Shown here piece after piece: positions 57,690 to 64,000 of a DNA stretch of 64,000 bases. Numbering within the stretch: position 1 is the stretch's first letter; each line of letters starts with the position of its first letter. Where the stretch lies: the IMG/VR virus record IMGVR_UViG_3300022900_000008; one strand, 5' to 3'. The translations under genes and the position numbers were made by a program. The notes beneath the pieces are model-generated. The model saw nothing but the letters and a program-made list of their open reading frames with translations. It did no database searches and was not told the DNA's origin. Origin of the DNA: an uncultured virus (IMG/VR IMGVR_UViG_3300022900_000008) (Duplodnaviria; Heunggongvirae; Uroviricota; Caudoviricetes).

Positions 57690-57919
57690 TGAAGTCTTTT
57701 CTAGATTATACTAAGGAAGGTTCAGAAACCTGGGAAGCAGGTTACAAGAGAAGAGTCGTTAAGACTACGAAACCTGAACATAAAGAGAAGGGGCTTAACT
57801 GGAGGATCAAAGGTAAGGATCGTCCGGAGATATCTATAAAGCTCTATAAAGATAAGCCATCGCAGCAAGAATTTAATAAACAAATGAAGCGCGTGGCAGG
57901 TCATGAGTTTGGAGGCTAA
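57689..57919 (+). CDS. Small basic putative internal protein
   Basis: MKSFLDYTKE N-terminus. Confidence 0.6.
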   Translation: MKSFLDYTKEGSETWEAGYKRRVVKTTKPEHKEKGLNWRIKGKDRPEISIKLYKDKPSQQEFNKQMKRVAGHEFGG

Positions 57920-57920
57920 G

Positions 57921-58274
57921 GTGAAAAAATTCAATAGTTATAATCAAGACGTAGTGGATCAATACTGTGAAGAGTGTGATCTTTACGAGAATCTTGAAAT
58001 CACTGAAGCCGAATATCAGGGTAAGAAAGTTAAACTAAATGATCCGTTTAGAACGTCGGGTGGTCCTAAAAAGTTTGCAGTATACACTAAGAACGATAGT
58101 GGTAATGTTGTTATTGTACGCTTTGGTGACCCTAAAATGGAAATCAAAAGAGACGACCCAGCTCGTCGAAAGTCTTTCCGTGCCAGACATAACTGTGACA
58201 ATCCTGGACCAAAATGGAAAGCCCGATACTGGAGTTGTTACCAGTGGCGAGGCGGAGCAAAAGTAGATAACTAG
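57921..58274 (+). CDS. Conserved basic phage protein
   Basis: AEYQGKKVKLNDP, VRFGDP, RRKSFRARHNC, ARYWSC; GTG start after GGAGG. Confidence 0.75.
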   Translation: MKKFNSYNQDVVDQYCEECDLYENLEITEAEYQGKKVKLNDPFRTSGGPKKFAVYTKNDSGNVVIVRFGDPKMEIKRDDPARRKSFRARHNCDNPGPKWKARYWSCYQWRGGAKVDN

Positions 58275-58287
58275 GGGATTAACTACC

Positions 58288-58650
58288 ATGGCAACTAAAC
58301 GCGAGCAAGAACTGCTCACAAAACTATCAGACAAATTTGATGTACACATGGAACAAACCGCCCATGATCAAAAGAGAATGATAGTGATGGAAGAGAAGCT
58401 AGATAAACTAGCCGACGCTGTTGTTTCCATCGCAAGAGCTGAAGAAAAGATTTCTGTTCTCATTGAGGATACGCGTGATATAAAAACTAGCGTGGATGAG
58501 AACACTAAAAAGATCCATGAACTTGAACTAACTTCGTCAGCCAACTCTGCTGATCTGAAAACATTAGGCAAGTTCTTCTGGATGGTCGCTGCGGCGGCAA
58601 TCACAATCTGTGCCGGAGCAATATCAATGGCACTTGGAATACTAGAGTAA
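58288..58650 (+). CDS. Coiled-coil protein with C-terminal transmembrane segment (XhlA/holin-like architecture)
   Basis: Heptad coiled coil followed by FFWMVAAAAITICAGAISMALG. Confidence 0.55.
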   Translation: MATKREQELLTKLSDKFDVHMEQTAHDQKRMIVMEEKLDKLADAVVSIARAEEKISVLIEDTRDIKTSVDENTKKIHELELTSSANSADLKTLGKFFWMVAAAAITICAGAISMALGILE

Positions 58651-58666
58651 TTAAAGGAGCACTCAA

Positions 58667-59302
58667 ATGTCGCTAGACAACGAACTTAAGAGTATCGCTC
58701 AAGCGTATTTGAGCATGCTTGACGAAAAGAAAATGGCCAAAGAAAATGATGATGAGGACAAGGTTGATTGTCCTAAGTGTGAAGGCAAAGGATGCGATCA
58801 TTGCGATGACAAAGGTTATCATATGAAAAAAGATGAAGCAATGGATCCTGTCAACAAAAAGGCCGTTAAAAAAGATTTTGACGATCGTAAAGATAAAGAC
58901 ATCGATAACGACGGAGACGTCGATGATTCTGATGAGTATCTTCACAAGCGTCGTAAGGCAATATCAAAATCAGTCAAGAAGGAATCCTATGATTGGGATA
59001 CTATTCTTGAGATGAGCGATGACGAACTCGATGCATTTATCGATAGTCTTCCAGAGTCTGCAATTGATCAACTCACGAAAGAGTTTGAAGCGATCAGTGA
59101 AGCAGCTTCCGCTCAGATGAAACCAAAGCCTGAGGATCAAGAGAAGCTTGAACCACGCGCAGCTGGTGAAAAGGATTTTGCCGATAAGCATAAGGTTGAC
59201 GTAAAGGATAATCCTGAGACTAAAAAGCAGGATGGTTCTGAAAAGGTTAAACAAGCTGCTGGTCGTAAAGGCGATAAAAGACTAAAGGACGTTCGTAAGT
59301 AA
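58667..59302 (+). CDS. Charged modular protein with a Zn knuckle and a DxDxDG loop
   Basis: CPKCEGKGCDHC; DKDIDNDGDVDDSDEYL. Confidence 0.6.
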   Translation: MSLDNELKSIAQAYLSMLDEKKMAKENDDEDKVDCPKCEGKGCDHCDDKGYHMKKDEAMDPVNKKAVKKDFDDRKDKDIDNDGDVDDSDEYLHKRRKAISKSVKKESYDWDTILEMSDDELDAFIDSLPESAIDQLTKEFEAISEAASAQMKPKPEDQEKLEPRAAGEKDFADKHKVDVKDNPETKKQDGSEKVKQAAGRKGDKRLKDVRK

Positions 59303-59345
59303 CCAATAAATATCAGTATAATGATATTATTGAGGTTACGCAATT

Positions 59346-59714
59346 ATGAAGTCTTTTGATGAATTGAATGATGAAAACTTTTTGGAGTTTGCTGCAAAGT
59401 ATTATAGTAATCCGCAGTGTACTTCAGAAGAAGAGTTTTATGATGACTTAAACCGTTTTAAGTATTTGAAACGATTGATGAAAAGGTATTTTGACAAGGG
59501 GGATCTGCAGGAAAGATTGATACTAAACCACATTATTATACTATACAATGTGTTTGGTATTCCTGCAGCAAACCGCATGATGTTCTATAAGTTTGAACCT
59601 CATTGCTGGCCCCTTATTAAAACCTTTCTTATCTTTCTTCATTACCTTAAGACGAATGAGTATAACGACATTCCTCTTGACGAAAATGTTATAGAGGTAC
59701 TAAGGAATCTATAA
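59346..59714 (+). CDS. Conserved T4-like hypothetical protein
   Basis: YYSNPQC, EFYDDLNRFKYLKRL, ERLILNHIIILYNVFG. Confidence 0.75.
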   Translation: MKSFDELNDENFLEFAAKYYSNPQCTSEEEFYDDLNRFKYLKRLMKRYFDKGDLQERLILNHIIILYNVFGIPAANRMMFYKFEPHCWPLIKTFLIFLHYLKTNEYNDIPLDENVIEVLRNL

Positions 59715-60295
59715 TGGGCATTGTTTCTAGAGCAGCAGATGTATATTACACATACAGATTCATTCGCACGTTGGTCACACCGTGGGAAGAACTGGATGCC
59801 TATAAGTTAGGTCTTATTGACGGAAACGGAAAGAACCTAAAGAAACCTTCTACGTCTGAGGAAAAGGATTCATACAGCGTATTCTTTAGACTCGTATTTA
59901 ATATCAAAAGAATTTTAGAAAAGTTGCCGTTCGGTAAGAGTCGTATCTCTTCCTATGCCGCAGCTTTGTTTTTGCTCAAGGAACACACTAAGATGTCCGA
60001 TGAGCAAATGGCCCATGCTTTTGCCGAGGTAGGAATAGACATTGATAGTCTACTTGCTGAGGATAACGCGTGGCACGTACAAGAGAATAACACACTATCT
60101 CCTGGTGTGTTTAAGTTGGCGCAGGATATCGCTAGTCCACTGACTGGTGAAATGATTGCTCGTAAAGGAACTACTGTTTTAGTTGACGAAGGGACAGAAC
60201 CGTCAGGTCTTGTCTTAGGCGAAAGTATATATAAAATTAAGCATGTTCAAACTAAGCAGGACATATTTGTATCTTCCGGAGACTTGTTGCGATGA
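59714..60295 (+). CDS. Conserved T4-like hypothetical protein
   Basis: YRFIRTLVTPW, AYKLGLID, RLVFNIKR, SYAAALFLLKE. Confidence 0.75.
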   Translation: MGIVSRAADVYYTYRFIRTLVTPWEELDAYKLGLIDGNGKNLKKPSTSEEKDSYSVFFRLVFNIKRILEKLPFGKSRISSYAAALFLLKEHTKMSDEQMAHAFAEVGIDIDSLLAEDNAWHVQENNTLSPGVFKLAQDIASPLTGEMIARKGTTVLVDEGTEPSGLVLGESIYKIKHVQTKQDIFVSSGDLLR

Positions 60296-60807
60296 AAAAT
60301 TTTAGCTTTTGGGTAGCTACTATGGATGAAGAATTACAAGAAGCTGCTGCTCCTCGTTGGAAAAGAGCTGGTCCTAATGGCGAAATACAAGCTACTATCG
60401 GTGGAAAGAAATATCAAATAGAAAAAGCACTAGACCACAACGAACGCCATAAAGGCGAGTGGAAAGTTATGGTTTGGGATAAGCGTAGACGAGACTGGGA
60501 GTGGGAAACCACTGAGTACAGTAAAGCCAACGCTAAAGCTTGGATTATGGATAGACTAAAAGAAGAAACCATTGATGAAGATAGTCCTTGCTGGGATGGT
60601 TATAAGCAAGTCGGTACTAAGAAAAAGGGAAAAAGAACAGTTCCCAACTGTGTACCAGAAGATGCACCCGTAAACGCGGTCGGTACGGACGGTGGCGTTG
60701 ATCTGAACCCAACAGGTCGCCCCGTGAAAATGGATCGCAGGTCTAGGTGGGACGTGAGCAAGTTGTTCCGTCGTGCAAATGGACCTAAAAAGAAACAGGA
60801 GAAATAG
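60292..60807 (+). CDS. Modular putative internal protein
   Basis: LQE|AA, CWDGYKQVGTKKKGKRTVPNCVP module, EDAPVNAVG. Confidence 0.6.
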   Translation: MKNFSFWVATMDEELQEAAAPRWKRAGPNGEIQATIGGKKYQIEKALDHNERHKGEWKVMVWDKRRRDWEWETTEYSKANAKAWIMDRLKEETIDEDSPCWDGYKQVGTKKKGKRTVPNCVPEDAPVNAVGTDGGVDLNPTGRPVKMDRRSRWDVSKLFRRANGPKKKQEK

Positions 60808-60808
60808 A

Positions 60809-60928
60809 ATGATTGACGTACTTATCTGGGTAGCAGTTGGCGCATTTATCGGTTGGAACTTTCCTCAACCGTTTTGGGCAAAGGCCATCCAAAATAAAGT
60901 TATGAGCGTTCTTAAAAGAGACGTATAA
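60809..60928 (+). CDS. Small membrane protein (39 aa)
   Basis: MIDVLIWVAVGAFIGWNFPQPFWAK...; AGGAG RBS. Confidence 0.55.
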   Translation: MIDVLIWVAVGAFIGWNFPQPFWAKAIQNKVMSVLKRDV

Positions 60929-61308
60929 TGTTTGGTGGATTGAAGGTTTATTTGATTATGGGATCAGTGTTGGCGACGGTTGCCGTAGGTGGTTACTTTT
61001 ACTATAAAGACACTCAGGCTCAGATCAAACTATTAACTGAAAACGCAGCAAAACTAGAAACAGCAGTTGACGCCCAGGAAGTCGTAATAGACCAAATGGA
61101 ACAAACTGCGGCAAGGCAAGCTGAGCTAAACACTCAGCTTAACGAGTCTTTACAAGCAGCAGAATCCTATCAGGATGAGCTATTGAATAAACTTCAGGAA
61201 CACGACCTTACTCGCTTGGCGATTCGTAAACCTGGACTAATCGAAAGTAGAATTAATGATGCAACCAAAAAACTATTTGACGATCTCGAGTCTGCTACTA
61301 GCAACTAG
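60928..61308 (+). CDS. Inner-membrane spanin (Rz-like)
   Basis: N-terminal transmembrane segment plus coiled coil; KPGLIESRIN. Confidence 0.75.
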   Translation: MFGGLKVYLIMGSVLATVAVGGYFYYKDTQAQIKLLTENAAKLETAVDAQEVVIDQMEQTAARQAELNTQLNESLQAAESYQDELLNKLQEHDLTRLAIRKPGLIESRINDATKKLFDDLESATSN

Positions 61309-61642
61309 TGTACTCGGTGGCTGCGCACTGTTCTCTCCACAAGAGAAGATAGTAACCGTACCTCAGATCATAGAAAAAGATATCCCATTGGCTGATAGAC
61401 CAAAAGGTCTTTCTTTGGCCGACGTTGAGTTTTTTGTTGTCACCGCCGAGAACTATGATGAGTTCGAAAGTCGTTTTACGGATGAGAACGGCCAATTGGT
61501 ATTCGTTGCTATGTCAGTCCGCGGCTACGAGGCAATGTCCTTGAACATGGCCGAACTTCGTAGGTACATACTTCAGCAAAAAGAAGTCATTGTTTACTAC
61601 GAAAATTCTTTAGAAAAAAATACGAAAAAAGACACACAATAG
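61256..61642 (+). CDS. Outer-membrane spanin lipoprotein (Rz1-like)
   Basis: Lipobox LGGC; overlaps the end of the Rz-like gene. Confidence 0.75.
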   Translation: MMQPKNYLTISSLLLATSVLGGCALFSPQEKIVTVPQIIEKDIPLADRPKGLSLADVEFFVVTAENYDEFESRFTDENGQLVFVAMSVRGYEAMSLNMAELRRYILQQKEVIVYYENSLEKNTKKDTQ

Positions 61643-61644
61643 GG

Positions 61645-61673
61645 TTTACATCCTAGCCTTTTTGTGGTATAAT
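61645..61673 (+). promoter_or_regulatory. Early-type promoter for nrdA
   Basis: GG-TTTACA-N17-TATAAT. Confidence 0.8.
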
Positions 61674-61705
61674 AGTCTTATCATTTAGAAAATTGGAGTC
61701 ACTTG

Positions 61706-63997
61706 ATGGCAGATAATATTTTTGTTACTAAAAGGGACGGCCGAACTGAGCCGTTCGACCTTGATAAAGTCCATAAAGTACTCGAGTGGGCAACTGCAGA
61801 TATCACTGGCGTGTCTATATCAGAGATTGAAATCAAGGCAAATATTCAGTTATACGATAAGATCCCAGCCTATGACATTCATGAGCTTTTAATCAAATCG
61901 GCGGCAGAGCTGATATCTGATAGAACGATTAACTATCAGTATGTTGCCTCACGTCTAATTAACTACAAGTTGCGTAAAGAGGTCTATGGTCAATACGAAC
62001 CTTGGCCCTTAGCTCAACTTATCATTGAGAACGTATCCCGTGGTGTATACGATGGATCCATCATGGAGGAATATACCCGTGATGAGATAGATCAATTAGG
62101 ATCATACATCAAACACGAACGTGACGATATGTTTACATTTGTTGGTATGGAACAGTTCCGTGGCAAGTATCTCGTGCAGGACCGTAGGACCAAAGAATAC
62201 TACGAAACTCCGCAGATGCTGTATATGATGATTGCGGCCACACTGTTTATAAACTATCCAAAAGATACCCGTATGAAATGGGTAAAGGAGTTTTATGATG
62301 CAATCTCACAATTTTACATTTCTTTACCGACTCCAATTATGGCTGGCGTGCGTACACCTACTCGTCAGTTCTCGTCATGTGTCCTTATTGAAAGCGGAGA
62401 TAGCTTGGATTCAATCAACGCCACGTCGACGTCGATTGTTCGGTACATTTCTAAGAAGGCTGGAATCGGCATTGCCGCAGGCAGTATCAGAGCACTCGGA
62501 GCTAAGATTGGAGATGGTTCGATTGTACACACAGGACTTATCCCTTTTCTTAAGTACTTCCAGGCTGCGGTCAAATCGTGTAGTCAGGGAGGAGTGCGCG
62601 GCGGTGCAGCAACTGTATATCTCCCAATCTGGCATTTAGAGTTCGAGGATCTTGTAGTACTTAAAAACAACAAGGGTACCGAAGAGAACCGAGTCCGTCA
62701 TATGGACTATGCATTTCAGTTCAATAAACTGATGTATGAAAGGCTACTATCAGGTGGTAACATTACGTTCTTTTCGCCTGATGATGTCCCTGGACTATAC
62801 GAAGCATTCTATGCGGACCAAGACAAGTTTCGTGAGTTATACGAAAAGTATGAGCGCAAGACATCCATTCGTAAAAACTCTATGCCAGCGATTGATGTCT
62901 TTAGTCAGTTCATCAAGGAGAGAAAGGACACTGGTAGAATCTACCTAATGAATGTCGACCATGCAAACGATCACGGCGCGTTCAAATCAGACCTTGCTCC
63001 AATCAGGCAGTCAAATCTATGTTGTGAGATTGATCTTCCAACTAAACCATTAAACTCAGCAAACGACGACGAGGGTGAGATCTCGCTGTGTACGTTATCA
63101 GCAATTAACTGGGGACTCATTAATGAACCTAAAGACTTTGAAAAATACTGTAATCTCGCCGTTAGATCGCTGGATGCTCTTCTCGATTACCAAGCTTATC
63201 CTGTTAAAGCAGCCGAAGTTTCCACACGGAACCGTCGTCCTCTTGGGATTGGTATTATTAACCTTGCTTACTTTTTGGCGAAAAGAGGATTGGGATATAA
63301 CGAAGAAGCATTGGCCACTATTGATGAATACGCTGAGGCATGGTCATATTACCTAATCAAGGCATCTGCTGATTTAGCAGCAGAGCAAGGATCCATTCCA
63401 TTGATCAACGAATCAAAGTATGGTGACGGAGTTCTTCCTGTTGACACCTATAAGAAGGATGTTGATGAACTCGTCAAACCTAAACAGAGAATGGATTGGA
63501 AAGGTCTACGAAAGCAACTGAAAACATCAGGCATTCGTAACTCTACTCTGATGGCGTTAATGCCAGCAGAAACATCTGCTCAGATATCCAACTCCACGAA
63601 TGGTATTGAACCACCTCGTGCGTTGGTATCGTATAAGCAGTCAAAGGATGGTGTAATGGCTCAGGTAGTTCCTGGGTACCACCATCTTAAAAATAAGTAC
63701 GATCTGCTGTGGGATCAAAAATCTCCACAGGGTTACCTTAAGATTTGTGCAGTACTACAGAAGTATATCGATCAGGGAATATCCGTGAACACGAGTTATA
63801 ATCCTGAGCACTTTGATGAAGGTAAGGTACCTATGTCTGAAATGATTAAAGACATTGTTACTTTTTACAAGTATGGTGGTAAGCAACTATATTATAACAA
63901 CACTTACGATGGATCCGGTGAGTTCAAGGAAGAAGCATTAGTGGAACTTGAGTCAGCCGCAATAGATGATGAGCACTGTGATAGCTGCGTCATATAA
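61706..63997 (+). CDS. nrdA: Ribonucleotide reductase class Ia alpha subunit
   Basis: ATP cone VTKRDG, PTPIMAG, QFSSC, SNLCCEI, MPAETS, C-terminal CDSC. Confidence 0.98.
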   Translation: MADNIFVTKRDGRTEPFDLDKVHKVLEWATADITGVSISEIEIKANIQLYDKIPAYDIHELLIKSAAELISDRTINYQYVASRLINYKLRKEVYGQYEPWPLAQLIIENVSRGVYDGSIMEEYTRDEIDQLGSYIKHERDDMFTFVGMEQFRGKYLVQDRRTKEYYETPQMLYMMIAATLFINYPKDTRMKWVKEFYDAISQFYISLPTPIMAGVRTPTRQFSSCVLIESGDSLDSINATSTSIVRYISKKAGIGIAAGSIRALGAKIGDGSIVHTGLIPFLKYFQAAVKSCSQGGVRGGAATVYLPIWHLEFEDLVVLKNNKGTEENRVRHMDYAFQFNKLMYERLLSGGNITFFSPDDVPGLYEAFYADQDKFRELYEKYERKTSIRKNSMPAIDVFSQFIKERKDTGRIYLMNVDHANDHGAFKSDLAPIRQSNLCCEIDLPTKPLNSANDDEGEISLCTLSAINWGLINEPKDFEKYCNLAVRSLDALLDYQAYPVKAAEVSTRNRRPLGIGIINLAYFLAKRGLGYNEEALATIDEYAEAWSYYLIKASADLAAEQGSIPLINESKYGDGVLPVDTYKKDVDELVKPKQRMDWKGLRKQLKTSGIRNSTLMALMPAETSAQISNSTNGIEPPRALVSYKQSKDGVMAQVVPGYHHLKNKYDLLWDQKSPQGYLKICAVLQKYIDQGISVNTSYNPEHFDEGKVPMSEMIKDIVTFYKYGGKQLYYNNTYDGSGEFKEEALVELESAAIDDEHCDSCVI

Positions 63998-64000
63998 GGA

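Noticed and set aside
33237..63997. Introns or inteins in gp43, uvsX, gp41 or nrdA
   Set aside because: The ORFs are continuous, of normal length, and show no splicing or homing motifs.

Overview
A 64 kb segment of a large T4-like (Straboviridae/Kyanoviridae-type, probably marine proteobacterial) myophage genome; essentially all genes are on the + strand. From left to right: tail-fibre-like genes; the virion core module (gp13-gp23, gp3); uvsY, uvsW, gp55, gp47, gp46; a CobT/CobS-like VWA + AAA pair; gp45, tRNA-Arg(UCU), gp44, gp62, regA, hsp20, gp43; then an 8 kb DNA-modification cluster (dNTP pyrophosphatases, T4 gp42-like dCMP hydroxymethylase, dCMP deaminase, UDG-like protein, sugar nucleotidyltransferase-kinase, HAD phosphatase, BGT-like glycosyltransferase, atypical C5-methyltransferase-like protein). 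After that come uvsX, gp41, thyX, a pyruvyltransferase-like gene, small early genes, a late cluster of putative capsid-packaged internal proteins, spanins and nrdA. Most notable: (1) a predicted glycosyl-hydroxymethylcytosine pathway with its own sugar-activation enzymes; (2) five early promoters sharing a transcribed leader (TATCA[A/G]ATGGAAGGA) whose exact antisense sits in the loop of a small terminator-ended structured RNA at about 52.1 kb; (3) a cluster of proteins with T4 capsid-targeting-like N-termini, including ligase-fold and HIGH-family nucleotidyltransferases and modular polyproteins; (4) a ROSE-type RNA thermometer on hsp20; (5) an orphan minus-strand promoter beside uvsW and twin inverted IHF-like sites. 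All family calls come from motifs recognised by eye; no database search was run.
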